From the NCBI GenBank assembly GCA_013239625.1, contig MU053557.1:3564123-3628122 (forward strand): a DNA stretch of 64,000 bases, given 5' to 3'. This stretch comes from Lama guanicoe. Its lineage: Eukaryota. Below, one piece after another: positions 24,184 through 37,629 of the stretch; positions within the stretch are counted from its first letter, which is position 1, and each line of letters begins with the position of its first letter. The notes under the pieces were generated by a model, which saw only the letters and a list, made by a program, of their open reading frames with translations, made no database searches and had not been told where the DNA came from. Position numbers and translations under genes: made by a program.

Positions 24184-27100
24184 ACACATGCAGACAAACA
24201 GGAAACTGAGCACAGTGGAGGTCTGGCAGACTTCACCTTAATCAAAGAATCAAGGTGAATAATAAAAGTCTGTAAGTGAATAAATTGTGTGCCAACTGAT
24301 AGGGCCCACTGAGAACACAGCCTGACTTCTTGCATAACCAGAACCTGGCGATGAGGAAACAACAGATGAAGCCAAATTGAGCAACTTCCTATAAACAGAT
24401 TGGTCTTTGGTCTTCAAAAATGTCATGATCATGAAAATCAAAGCCAAACGGAGCCACTCTTCCAGACTGAAGAAGACTAAAAAGACATATTGGCTAATTG
24501 TAGTGCATCATTCTAAACTGCAATCTTTTGGTGTAAAGGACAGTATTCAGACAATCAATGAAACTTGAGTTAGGTCTAAGTCTTGGATGGTAGTAATGTA
24601 CCATGTTAAATTATTGATTATGATCATGTAGGAGGATGTCTTTGCTCATAGTAGGCATGATTCAAAAAAATGACTCCAAAAAAATTATTTGTACCATACT
24701 CAGATTTTCCTGTAAATCTGAATTTGTCTCAAATTAAACACCTTCTACTAAAAAATCTCCATTATTTGTTTACTGGATGCAGTGATTCCCAGTTACCCTC
24801 CTTCTATTCTATATAGCAAGCCAAAAGAAATGTGGAATTCTTTAAAGAAAAAATTTTAAATAAAAATCCCCAAATATTCAAAATTAAAAAATTGAGAAGT
24901 GGTGTTTATGAGGTTGTTGGTAATGGTGGCTGCTGTATTTAAAGTTATGGTTACGAAACTGAAAAACAAATAGTAGAGAGGGAGAGGGTCATCATAACAA
25001 TAATGATAATAATCTCTAACATATTGAATGGTCATCCTGAAGTAGTATTTCTGTAAGCATTTTGCATATATTAACTCATTATTTCTCATCACAATAATGT
25101 AAGGAAGTCAATTTGTTAGCCTCACTTTAGAAGTTGATGAAACAGAGGTGCAGAGAGGTGAAGTAACCTCCCCAGTGAAAGAACCAGGATGTGACTCCAC
25201 ACAGGCTGGCCCCAGGACCTGTGCTCTTATTTGCTACAGGAAGAATAAGGGCTTTCAAGGAACAAAAGAGCTGGGAAGATTTGGAGAAGTTGGAGACAGT
25301 ATTGAGCAAACATCATCGACTATTCGCATTTGTATGAGGCTTGCCAGGGACCCACTCATCTTAATAAAAAGGCCTATCCCTCCCTGTACTTCTGGTCAGA
25401 AGTGTAAACACTTGAAAAGGAGGCACTGAGTGAGGACCTGTGACTTGGCAAATTGTGCCATGAACTTTCCATGTTCTTTGAGGAGGTGCGACGTGGTGAA
25501 CGTGCAAGTTGGCTGTTTCTTGGAAGGGTGTTAACAGCTCACGTGTTCAAGAGAAGGCAAGGCCAAGACCTTGACCAATTCACTTGCTAAAGATATAATG
25601 AGCCATTTTCAGATTCAGACAGTTTATCACTTTACATAGACAGCAAAGAGAAGGATAGGCCGAAAGTGTCAGCTCCCTGTCATCTTCGTCCTGCACATGA
25701 AAAAGGACGACACTGAAACAGGAGGGCCTGGATGACCCCAGTGACACTAGTGGAATATCCTGTTGCTGGGGAGCCAGCTCTAGACTGCAGCTGAGAGGCT
25801 TTGGATTTTCACACTCTGCAGCTCCATTCTGAGGGTTTGGGCAGAAAGTCCCACACCTCATAAGACCAGGGAGGAAATGAGAAACTGTCTTATGACAGCC
25901 TCCCTGGAGAGATGGGGAGGCACATGGGAAATGGCTCATAGCAGCTCCTGCAGGCTTCCCATCCTCTCAGGTTCCAGGAGGATCACAAGGTGTTCCCCCA
26001 AGATTCAAATAAGCTGTGATTTGACCCGTTGCCTGTGTGGATCCCTGTAAGTTTACCCAGTGAGATGGTGAAGCTGTTCCTCTACAAAGGCAGTTGAAAG
26101 GCAGGACTTAGAAGAGGATCATGGCATGGAGAATGCCTCTTGGACACTGAAGAGCTGCCCTCTGGGAGGGCTGACATCCTGGCTGGAAGGAAGGTGTATC
26201 AGATGCTCTTTTGGTCCCCTAACACGACAGTGACATTACCTGTGCATGTGGGGGTGGGCCATGAATTGGGAGGATGGGGCCATCTGGGTCCAGAGTCCTC
26301 CTTGCTGAAAGGCCTTTTTGCTTCCCTTTCATTAATCTGCTTTAGAAACACCTATGACCAGGTTTGCCCTCACTCAAGAACCTGTATTTCTCACTACTGA
26401 TCAAGTCTTACCAGATAAAGTGCTAGTCTCATTCAGGCCATCTGTTTAGTTTCTTATAGCCGCCTTCTCATCGAACTCACATGACACAGCTCTGATTGAT
26501 TGTAAGCTAAACATTTGTTTGAAACCTGCTGGGGTCAGGCCCTGTGAACTAACAGTGCTGGGCACAGAAGGATGGAAGAAACACCATGTACACATCTTTC
26601 GTTTTAGTTCAACTGCCTGTCTCAGTTTGGTTTCTGAACAAAACTTCACAAATTCTAGTTTTATCTCATCTTATCTGCTTATCCAAATCTTTAAATTCAT
26701 GAAGTCTTCTTTGAAAAATCCAGCCTGGACAGACTACTATCCTCCCCTTCTGATGTTCCCTAGATTTTTGCTTCAGTTTGGCCTGATTTCCTGTCATTTC
26801 CTGTGCTTCACCCTCCTGGTGAAATACTTCACTTGGCTTTCCCTGCAGTGCCTGGAAAGGGGGCTGAAAGTTAACCTTAAATAACAATGGACTGATTTTC
26901 ACTAAATAGGATTTGATCAGAAGGAAAGGGAGCCAGGAACATATTTTTTTGTTTTGTTTTGTTTTCTCCAAACTCTGTGCTTTGATATTTGATTCCTATG
27001 TACTTTTGTTTTTCAAGACAATTTTGAAGACTATTTCTGCTTCTTACATGGGCTCCAGTCTAGGCCACTCTTGACCCTCTAGTTTGCAGGAAGTAGAAGA

Positions 27101-30100
27101 GAGAAGACAGTGATGCGCGAGTATGACGTTTCTAATGTGACGTCTCCGGAACTGTCTCTTTTTGAGCCAGAAGGAACAGTATGAGATGAGCTCTCAGGCT
27201 GATTCTTTCTTTTTCTGTCTATGCCTTGTATCTACATTCAGCTGGCTTCTTTAGAACTGTCATTCTCCTCACAGAAACAAAAAGACTGACTTGTTTCTAC
27301 CAGCTGTCTTTAATATAACAAAAACGAGGCAGGAGACATGACTGCTTTGTTCCTGCTGTAGTCCCAGAATCCCCCAGAGAGCTGGGTACACCAAACTTGC
27401 TCAGTAAATATTTGTTAAACGGCTAATTCAATTTCAGCTCCTGATTATAGATTTAATTGCCACAAAAATTCATTCGAAAAGCACATTGAAAAATTAATTT
27501 AGAAAGACTGGCACTCATTTCCTTTTCATTTCATTTCTTTTCATGAATTAATTTATTTCCCAAATGCTTACTGGAAATACATATCAATTAACTGTTTAAA
27601 GAAATACAAATCAGCAAAAAAGGACTTTGACAATTTGAAAGGATTTAAATTCTGGCCACATTCATTAATTTGAGTGATCTTGGCAATTAATTTATTGCTT
27701 CCAGCTTCATACTCCTTATTTATAAAATGGGATAAAGGCTCTTATCATCAGGCATTTGATGAGCATGAAGTGGAAACCATATGCAAAGTGTACGCCCGGC
27801 ACCGGTTGGTAGTTCCTAATAATATTATCAAGTATGTAGGACTCTCTGTTAGCATCCAAACATGAACAGGACAGACCCCCTTGAGATGTATGCAAATTAG
27901 TCCAGGAAAAGAAGACACTAATACAAATAAGTATGCTGCAAAGAAAGACAGTGTCAGTAGCATAACAAAGGCACAAGGAAAGGCTAGATGGCTGTTTTAA
28001 AGTATGTTTCATTACTCAGGCCAGCAGACCAGGAGATGAGTGTCGTTGTAAAGACAGTCTGTTATACTCCCAGATCCCAAGAACAGGGCACATCACACCC
28101 CAGGGCGGTAGGGCCACGTGGAAGCACCAGGTTTGTCAGGAGGGTGGGGTAGGGGTATGGGCAGGAGACTTTACTGTGGTTTCCATGGGACGGGATGGGA
28201 AGACCGGGTAAACAGGACTAGAATAGTCTTGTTTGAATAATTCTACTGGGCTCGGGTGTGGGGACTGTCCCGAGGTGTCTGGTACCAGGCCCTGGGGGTG
28301 ACTGAGGCAGATGGACAGTGGCCTAGTGTAAGGGCTCCCTAGAGGAGGTGCTTGGCAGTGTGGGGATGGTTGGTTTGCATACGGCAGGTGCACTCCCAGG
28401 TGAGCATTTGCCATCTCTAGGATTAGCTAGCCCTGAGAGGGGAAGTCCCTCCAGGGTCAGCAAGGCCACAAAATGTCAATACTTAAATTCAGGTGGCAGG
28501 AGGTGTGGAAGTAGCCACGTCTGAGTCTCTTTGCAAGGCTGACTGTCCCCCCATCCTCTTGTTCTCCACCATCAAAGCACCCGATTTGCTTCTTCATAGC
28601 TCTTACCACTGCTTGTTTTCTTGGTTTACCTGTTTCTTGTCTGTTTATCCCATTACACTGTCAGCCCCACAGAAGCAAGAAATTCTTGTCTGGTTTACGG
28701 CTCTAGTCTTCGTTCCTGACAGTGCCTGGCACACAGCAGAGGCTCAGTAAATATTTGTGGAACAAAAAGAATGAAAGCAGTAATGCTTGATGGTTATGTG
28801 TGGTCTGTGTCTGTGCATGTGGACACATGACCGTTCACATATGTGTAAGCATGTGGACATTTGTGTGTGTGAATGAGACAGAGAGAGAATCTGTGTGTGT
28901 GTGTGTGTGTTTGTTTTGTGTGGATGAGGTTCTAGCTGTTTACTACTAGGCTTTGGTCAAGACTGCATGTGTGGCCGGCTACTATGTGGGCCCACCAGAA
29001 CTCTCTTAGCACGGGGCTCTGAGGGGCTTCCTGGGAAAAAACTCACCTCTGGGCCCAGCAGACAAGCTGGAACCAGTACCACACTCTCTGGGGTTGAAAG
29101 GGAGAAGCGTGTGTCTGTGTGTGTCCCTCTGTTTCTCTTGGATCTTGGTCCAGCCCCTCGTGGACTCACAACGTGGCACTTGTGAGAGAGAGCCTGTGTT
29201 TCAAAACTGAAAGATCTGTTTTTACCAACAGCGCTACTATATTTTAGGATGCTTTACTTTAGTATGTTTTCGTAGGTGTTAGAGTCCAGGCCAGCCAGAA
29301 ACTCAAAAACCATACCAGATGATCAAATGGGAAGAATTTAACCTGAAGGATCATTTACAAGGTGCTAGAAGTTCAGTGACAGCAACCAGGGGACAGGTGC
29401 GTCCAGCCTGAGATGGGAAATGCAAGCAGCTGCTACTTTTTCTTGGCTGGGAGGACAGGGAGAGCAGGTGGGGCCCAGGAGCAGGGGGGAAATTAATTTT
29501 TCAATGTGCTTTTCAAATGAATTTTTGTGGCGATTAAATTTATAATCAGGAGTTGAAACTGAATTAGCCGTTTAACAAATATTTATTGAGCAGTAGGAGC
29601 CGAACAAAGGTGGGGCTGCCTGGCTGGTGTGGGACCGCAGACGAAGGGCTGTTCTGGAAGGAGCTGGAGCCGTGGAGAAGCGGCAGTCACTGCCCGAGGT
29701 GTCTCCTGAAGCAGGCGGAGGGAGACTCCCCTGATGTTTCCTTCTGTCTCCTCTCCCATCTGATCGTTTACCAGGGCCTCCCACGAGTGGATCCTAACCA
29801 GATCGCAGTTGGCAAGGAGGTCTGGAAACCACAGTTTGGGAAAGTCAGCTTCCTCTAGGCAGAGCAGAGCGGGGGTCGTGCATGGAGAGGATCGGAAAGG
29901 ATCGGAGAGCAAAGTGGGGACGACGAGCAGAGGGAGGGCAGTGCTGGTTTGGTCCCTTAAAAAGGTCACAGCACAGAAATGAAGGGTGGTGTCAGCTCAC
30001 CACCACTTTACCACCCAACCTTGGCCCCTGAGAGTTTTGGCACATCAGCGTCCTTGGAGGTGATCATTCTCCAGAAAAATCGAAGCCCCACCTCTAGCAG

Positions 30101-30503
30101 AGAAAGCGGTAGAAGTGGCAGGATGGTCTGCGTGTGGGGGTGATACGTGAGCTCCTTCATGCCGTTTATAAAGCAGCAGAAAAATCAAGGAAAGGCAGTT
30201 ACAACGTGGTGATGTATAGAAATTAGCAGCAGGTGACACTTAGCATGTGTTAATCTTGGTTTGGTGCAGTTTCATCCTCCGTCTACAGAATTACATTAAA
30301 TCCTCTTAACAACAGCCCACCGCCCAGCGTGGCCCCAGCTCCTGGCCTGGCACCTCGATGGATCTTCCTCAGAATGTTCCGAGCATGTCTTCAGAGGTTG
30401 GGGTGCTGGGCCAGCAGTGCCATTTGGTCAGGGAGCTCGGAGCTGGGACTGGGACCCACCTGGACCCTGATCCCTATTTCTCCCCTTCAACATTCCTTCC
30501 TAC

Positions 30504-31070
30504 TTTTTTTAAATTGTAGTATAGTTGATTTACAATGTTGTGTTAGTTTCCAGTATATAGCAGAGTGATTCAGTTACACACATATAATTTGCTCTTTTTC
30601 GTATCCGTTTTCATGGTAGTTTATTACAAGACATTAAATGTAGTGCCTGTGCCATACACTAGGGCTTTGTTGTTTATCTATTTTATGTATAGTAATGTGT
30701 ATCTGCTAATCCCAACCTCCTAATTTACCCCTCCCCCCACCCTTCCCCATTGGTGACCATAAGTTTGTTTTCTGTGTCTGTAAGTCACTTTCTGTTTTGT
30801 AAATTAGTTTATTTGTATAATTTTTTTTTAGATTTCACATATGATACATATTTTTCTTTCTCTGTCTGACTTACTTCACTTAATATGAGAATCTCTATGT
30901 CCATTCATATTGCTACAATGGCTTTATTTCATTCTTTTTAATGGGTGAGTAGGATTCCATTGTATAAATATACCACATGTTCTTTATCCATTCATCTGTC
31001 CATGGAAATTTAAGGTGCTTCCGTGTCTTGGCTATTGTATATAGTTCTGCTATGAATAGTGGGATGCATT
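30504..31070 (-). mobile_element. L1 3' fragment, paralogous position to 13430-14186, lacking the nested insert
   Basis: Same 5' junction (atgaaacttt) and same 3' junction as the left-arm element. Confidence 0.85.
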
Positions 31071-31879
31071 AAAGTTTCATTTTTTTCTCTTTTTCTTGCA
31101 CCAGATACCCCAAGGGCTTTCAAAAAGGGTCATCCTGGGGTCCCAAGGCTGTTTTCAAAAGGGCAGCCTTGTAAGCAGAATGCTCCTGTGGCCAGCACAG
31201 TATATCTTTTGCATAATGCAAGGGATTGGACTACAGAAGGGTTCTGAAATTCATATTTTGAGATTATAGAGATGAGGTCTTGTTAAAAAAAAATCTATTT
31301 TCTTAGCGTCACACACCTTTGGGACCATTTTGCCACTAGCCGTTAAATGACCTGTTTTTGATGAGGAGAACAATACTATAGATTAAAAAGGTCAAATTCA
31401 AATTACACAGAGTCAATATTGAATCCCACGTTTTCAAAAAGAAATTTTGATTTTAGATCCTGACCCTGTTATTCTATATGAGAACATGGCCCTGGGTTTT
31501 CCCCAAATAAATGGGAGACACTAGAAAAGGTAAAAGTCTTGCTATAGTAGATGTAGGAGCAGGGATGGGGTGGGCAGAGGTCAGTTCCAGAGAGACATGG
31601 CACCAAATGCCGTTAAGCTGAGTCTGTATTGTTTCAGGGCTGAAGGGGCCTCGGGACTGATCCTACAACTGGGCAGCCTGTCAGGTTGTGTGATTCTCCA
31701 AACTTTCAATGAATTGGAAGCACCAGAATTTTCATTCCCTTTAATCCCAATATAACCTTCCCTTCTTTTCAGAATTCTTCCAAAAGAAGGCCTTAATGCT
31801 CTTTGCTTCCCACCATCATCTCTTGGGAAGAGCTTGTGCCAGAGGTCCTTGAGAGTGCTGTAAGTTAGGGCTTTATTTC

Positions 31880-32010
31880 TCATGAGAACATGAGGGAATG
31901 CGGAAAAAAACACCAATTTGTTTAGTGAGAAACGTGACCTTCACGCTCTTCAACTCTGGGGCGAGTCAAGTGGTTGTGATTGAAACTCAGGCCCTCGATG
32001 GGTGTATAAA
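31880..32010 (+). promoter_or_regulatory. SCGB3A2: Proximal promoter of right SCGB3A2: TATAAA 32005-32010, NKX2-type TCAAGTG 31966-31972, FOX-like TGTTTAG near 31920
   Basis: Motifs read directly. SCGB3A2 is an established NKX2-1 (TTF-1) target, but use of these exact sites is inferred. Confidence 0.7.
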
Positions 32011-32132
32011 TATGTGTGTGTGCAAGAGCAGCTGCCACACTTGGTACAGCAAGTGGAACCACTGGCTCGGTGGGTTCACTAGGTTTTCCAGTTTAATTTT
32101 AAACTGCAGGTAAATATCCCAGGTAACGTACC

Positions 32133-32187
32133 ATGAAGCTGGTCACTGTGTTCCTGCTGGTGACCATCAGCATTTGCAGTTACTCTG
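32133..32187 (+). CDS. SCGB3A2: Secretoglobin 3A2 (UGRP1), right copy, coding exon 1 (signal peptide MKLVTVFLLVTISICSYS)
   Basis: ATG at 32133 in ccATGa context; hydrophobic signal peptide; phase-1 donor G|gtaagt at 32187/32188; matches the known SCGB3A2 N-terminus. Confidence 0.96.
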
Positions 32188-33271
32188 GTAAGTAGCCGGG
32201 AACATATGGTATTTCTCGACTTTTCTGTTAACAGGAACACAACTAGGAAGCCTAGGCTCCCAGTGGAACATGGTGGAGGGAGTTTAGAACCACAGAATGG
32301 TAAGGTTGGAAGGGATTTCAGCTGCCCCCGCTCCCAGCTCCAAGCTCTAACCCAGTACAGGTCTCCCTGGTGGCTCCTACACAAGAAGTTACCCAGCTCC
32401 CGCTGAGGGTCAGCAAACCCTTCATTAGTGAACACTGGTCACCGTTAATTGTTCTTAATTTTGAGTCCGGATCTGACTTTGTACCTTCTTTCCTTTATGC
32501 GTCTGTAACTGTACGGAGTCATTCTTGCTCTCATCTCTAGTCAGGTTGCCAAGGTGGTTCTCTTGAGACATGGCCACATGTATCTGTTCACACAATCAGT
32601 GGATATCGACTGAATGGCTATAACCTGTTGGGCACTGGATAGAAACTGGCCGATTCAGACCTGAATCAGATGTGAATATTGTTCTCAAGGTTCTTACAGT
32701 CTGGCAGGGGGGCTAAGACTTGTCTGCAAGTGGAGGTTCATTATATTCTCTCCCCTTTGGCTTCAAACTTGTGGGCCGTGAAGACAGCCGTGGGCAAAGT
32801 ACATCCCTGGCCGGTCAGTCTCCAGTATCTATCTGGTGCTTCCCACATGCCAGGGTCTGATCTAGGCATGTAGTACAGTGTGAATAAAACATTAATTGCT
32901 TATTCTCATGGGCCTACATTCCAGTGGCAGAATGAAGCAAAATACAGAAATAACCAAAGATTTGATATTTCAGGTATTGGTGGGAGAAGAGGGAGACTGA
33001 GGGTGACAGGTGATGCTCTTGTAGGTACGTCCCTGAGAAGGTAACTTTGGAGGAGAGACCGAATGATGGGAGGAAGAAAGATGTGTAGCTATCTGGGGAA
33101 GCAACGTTCTAGACAGTTGGAATGGCACGTACAAAGGTCCCGAAGCAGAAGTTTTCCTGGAAGATCGAGATGAGTGGGGCTGGGATGGAGCCACTGATGG
33201 ACAGCGTGGACCAGCTGAGGTCACCAGAGCTGGAAGTGCCTGTTTTACGCGGGGTCTCTTTTGCTCTACAG

Positions 33272-33474
33272 CCACCGCCTTCCTCCTCAGTGGTTTGGCA
33301 GCTCCTGTCAACGATGTTGTACCTTTACCTGCGGACAAAATTCTCCCCAGCTTGAGCCCATTAAAGCTACTTCTGAAAACTCTGGGCATTTCTGTTGAGC
33401 ACCTTCTGGACGGGCTGAGGAAATGTGTGAATGGGCTGGGACCGGAGGCTGCGAATTCCGTGAAGAAACTGCTG
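33272..33474 (+). CDS. SCGB3A2: SCGB3A2 right copy, exon 2 (ATAFLLSGLAAPVNDVVPLPADKILPSLSPLKLLLKTLGISVEHLLDGLRKCVNGLGPEAANSVKKLL)
   Basis: Acceptor tctcttttgctctacag, 203-nt open exon, donor gtaact at 33475; contains the SCGB3A signature PLKLLLKTLGISVEHL..GLRKCV. Confidence 0.97.
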
Positions 33475-33872
33475 GTAACTATGACCTGTGAGGCTAACTT
33501 GTCAAAGGGCAGGACCTAGTCACCCTGAATGCCCACCCTCTCCCCTGACTCCCACCCAACCCTGTCCTCATCTGTGAACCTGTATTTCCCCTTTGCTGAC
33601 TCTCCTCACACAAAATTTCCATGTCCTGGAATCTCAAGGAAAGCTCAGTGTCCACACTTGTAGAAGGGATTTTGGAAGGACAGAGACCTGTGTTCTAGTT
33701 GTGAAATGTGGGCCACTTCCCAGCTCTGTGGTTCTGGATGGGACTTAACCACTCAGAGCTTCCCTTTCCTTGTCAGTGACATGGTGGTGAAATAGGATAG
33801 TGACTGTTTCTGGAAAGGTGCTAATGACAGGTAAACTGGTGTTGTTTTTACCACTGTCCTTTTGATTTTCAG

Positions 33873-33896
33873 GAGGCCCTCTCGTATCTGGTGTGA
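33873..33896 (+). CDS. SCGB3A2: SCGB3A2 right copy, exon 3 coding part (EALSYLV*)
   Basis: Acceptor tttgattttcag; GAG GCC CTC TCG TAT CTG GTG TGA; joined CDS 55+203+24=282 nt = 93 aa + stop. Confidence 0.95.
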   Translation, partial: EALSYLV

Positions 33897-33978
33897 CAGC
33901 GGAGCAGAGCAGGAGCAGAGGTGGGAGGGGATGGCGCTCTCCTTCCTTCTTCAAATGTAGTGACCCCCATAGAGAATG

Positions 33979-33984
33979 AATAAA
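33979..33984 (+). terminator. SCGB3A2: Polyadenylation signal of right SCGB3A2
   Basis: AATAAA about 80 nt after the stop codon. Confidence 0.8.
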
Positions 33985-36900
33985 GCAATGAAGTGATTTT
34001 AGTTTGTCCTGTTTTCATTTGGGGGGCTCTGTTCAGAAGGGGATAACCAGATAATCTTTTCCTTGGGTCATAAACTCCAGAGAGCCTGTTCTGATAAAGA
34101 GAACTCGCATTTTCAGTAGGATGTATCATTCTTTTCCTCCCCTTGTCTCTAACTCGAACGTCTCCATTTTCATCAACTGTTCTTTATCTGACATTGTTTC
34201 CAAACTCCTCACATGCCTATTCCCCTACTTCAGAAGACATTTAAAAATGTTTTAATTGACATATAGTTGATATATATAATATGTTTCAGGGGTGCAATGT
34301 ACTGATACACAATTTTAAAGATTATACTCCATTTATACTTATTATAAAATGTTAGCTATATTCCCTGTGTTGTATAGTGTATACTTGTAGCTTATTTATT
34401 TCATGCATAATAGTTTGTATCTCTTAGGGCCCTACCCCTATGTTGCCCTGCCCACCTTCCCTCCCCTAACTGGTAACCCCTAGTTTGTTCTCCACATCTG
34501 TGAGTCTGTTTCTTTTTTGTTCTGTTCACTAGTTGGTTGTATTTTTTAGATTCCTCATATAAGTGATATCATACATTATTTGTTTTTCTCTGTCTGACTT
34601 GTTAGACCTTGCCTACAGAAATGTTAAAACATGAAATAGAATAGAATTTTCAAAGTATTGTCTGACTAAGTTCTTCCAAACCTCACTGGTTCGGAGTCTA
34701 CATCCCCAGTATGCAGGTTCCTGTTAAGTTTGCTTTTGTATTAGGGCCACTACAAGGCTTCAGAGACCCTGCCACCAGTCATTCTCTGGCAAATGGGCTC
34801 TGAAACGTCCTTTCCCTTCCATGCTACCGTTTACAGTGATTCCAGGATTATCTTTTCCAAGACATAATTATAGCCCTATACGACCCCATAGAAGATAGTT
34901 TTCAAGCTCCTCAGCATGGCATCCGAGGTCTTTCCGATCTGGCCTTTGCTTCCATGTCTAGCCTCATCAGTACTCCTTTCTTCACGTGTGCTCCAGCTCT
35001 AGCCGTGCTGAAAAGATAACTAAATCTATTTGCTGCTAATACTTTCATGCCTTAATGAACAATCGAGTTTCTTCCCCCCTGGAAAGTCGTCCCGGGTCTG
35101 CCTCCAACCTGGGGCTTGTTCCAGTCTTGGACTATTTGTCCTGAGGTCCATTCCCTGTGGTCCCCGTGCTCAGCTCCATGTTGGGCAAAGGGAGGGGACA
35201 TGATGCTGATCCCTCAGGTTTCTTTCCTCAGGTTCCCAGGCCAGTTGAGCTTTGGGCTGTGAGGCCCAGGCAGGAGATAGGAGGTTGGAAAAGGGGCAAG
35301 GCCAGAGTGTGGCCTCCTTTCTGTCTCCCTTTGGGAGAAGTCTCTGGAAGTGCTTGCACTATGTCTGAGCCGCCAAGCCCTGCTAGATGGATCTGTGTGG
35401 GTTGCAGCTTTTGCCAGGTGACTCCATTCCCCGGGCTCTGCTTGTACCATCTCCTTGTTGTCTCTCCAGCTGAGGTTCTAGGGATTTCCTGCCATCATCA
35501 GCTTCTAGGTTGCCTCACCATCACCTGTTTGATTTTTTAGGTCTCCCATTGTCTGTCAGATCAGTTCTGTGCATTACATTCTCTCTGTTTCAAGCATCTC
35601 TTTCCTGGTTATTTCCTGACTAACATAATTTTAACTGCCGTCTCCTCTGTGAAGATTGTCTTGATTCCGGCCATTTCTTAACCTGCATATTTGTTGACAA
35701 CTAGAATTGTTGAACTTTGTGTAACTTCTGTTTTCCTTCCTCATTTTACCTGAGTCTAGTAAGAATAGACTAGCTTACCTAGCCGTGGTGATAAATAAGT
35801 GCACATCTCAGGGCTTACATCCACAGCATTTTAATATTTTTTCTCGCACTATATGGCCACCTGAGTTGGCTGTCACTCTCCCCCATAGCCTGAATTCTGT
35901 GACCCAGAGCTGATGGGACAGTCTTTGGAGCATTTCTGATCATCATGGCACATAGGAAAGAGTGCTTTGTGCACCATCGGCTAATTTTCAAAGCTTCCCC
36001 TTGGAAGTGACCCTGTCCTGTTTCATTGACCTAAGCAAGTCACATGACATGCCTAACTCACTTAGGAAGGGCATGTTCAATTCTACAGGAAGAGAGGATG
36101 CCAAGTACGGGTTAGCATAATATAATTTACTACCTTACTTGACTACTTCAGGGTAATCGCCCCCTGAGACACCTCCACTCTGCTTGTAATTTTCAGCTCC
36201 TTTGGATCATCTTTCCTCCCGCTTCTAGTATCGACCTGACTACTTGACTCTTGTTTTTTGGTTTCTTTCAATGGCCCTTATTTTCCTGACTTCCTCTGAA
36301 TGTTGATGCCTCCAAAGAAAGATTCTAAACTTGATTCCTCTTCTCTTTTGACACTGGGGGGTCTCATGCATTCCCGTAGCTGGCAATATAATCTCTGTGT
36401 AAATGTTAGCTATCTTGATTGTGGTGGTGGTTTCATGGGTGTATACATCTGTCAGAATTCATCAAACTGTACAACTGGAATATGTGTAGTGTACTGTACA
36501 GGAACCATACCAGAGTAAGGGTGTTCAGTCAATCAGTCAATCCATCAGGAAAAAATATATATAACCTCCATGTTAGGACCTCTACAATCTGTAGCTACAA
36601 CCTATAGCTTTTCTTTGAGAAGAGATTTAATTACCTGTAAGTCACTTCCAGCAGATGCCCTCTTTATAATGTTCAGCTCAGCAGACATTTATGTGGACTT
36701 CCCGTCTGTCCCTTAAAACACACTGATGTTCTCATTTCCTGTCTCGCTCTGTAGCACTGATTTCCTTGTTGCTTAGACTTGGGGATCATTCGAAGTACCC
36801 CCTCTTCTCAGCCTTACTTTCTAATTGCTGGGAAAGCCCTGTTGATGATAAGCCTTTTTCTTTGTATCGTATACGTTTTTTCATTATCTCGACTGCCACT

Positions 36901-37629
36901 GCTCTTCCCCAAACCTTGTCACCCCCAGCAGACTGCTGTGCCAGGCTCTGCATCCCAAAGCTGATCTTTTCCAGCCCTTCAGTTGCACCACTGGAAAAGC
37001 GGTTTCTTAAAATACAAGAGTCATTCCCCAGTTTCAAACTCTTTGATAGTTTTTTTAGTGCTGATTGAAAACAAGTCATACACTATTTTAAAGCAATAAA
37101 CATATTCATAACCCGTATTTAGACGTACTTATTTTCCGACTTACTGCAAAATCTCCTTTCCAGACTGTGGAATTAAATGGGTAGGGACCTGAACTTATTT
37201 GTATCTGTATCCTCAGCACATAGCACAGAGCCTGTAGGTAGGCAGCATTAGGGTTTGCGGTTATTGAATGGATGGATTTCTTTCTGTTAAGTTTTATCTT
37301 GTTAGGTTGATCCTTTTGTTCTTTCTCATCCATCACATTAGTAAGCTATTCATTACTATTTCTCCTAGCTTGCCGTGCTTTGCATATTTAAGAAGGATGA
37401 CTATGCCTTCATTCAAGGTGCTAAGTGGAGAAGACTGAGGAAAGAGTTCTGTGTCATCAAGCTTTGAGTAACAGATGTAATACGGCAATCTACTGGGGCT
37501 AGAGGTTTCTTTGTGGGGGAGTGTGTCAAAGGGACTGATTCAGTTAAGAAGGAATTAGAGGACGGACTATGTTGAGGAAAATAGGCAGAACCTGATGATA
37601 AACATTATGGCAGAAGCTGATAAAATTAC

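Noticed and set aside
10665..34470. Palindrome as a pure assembly artefact (fold-back chimera or haplotype duplication)
   Set aside because: The arms have private insertions with TSDs, private deletions and 10-25% diverged blocks, which artefacts would not generate. The exact identity of the homogenised blocks still needs read-level confirmation.
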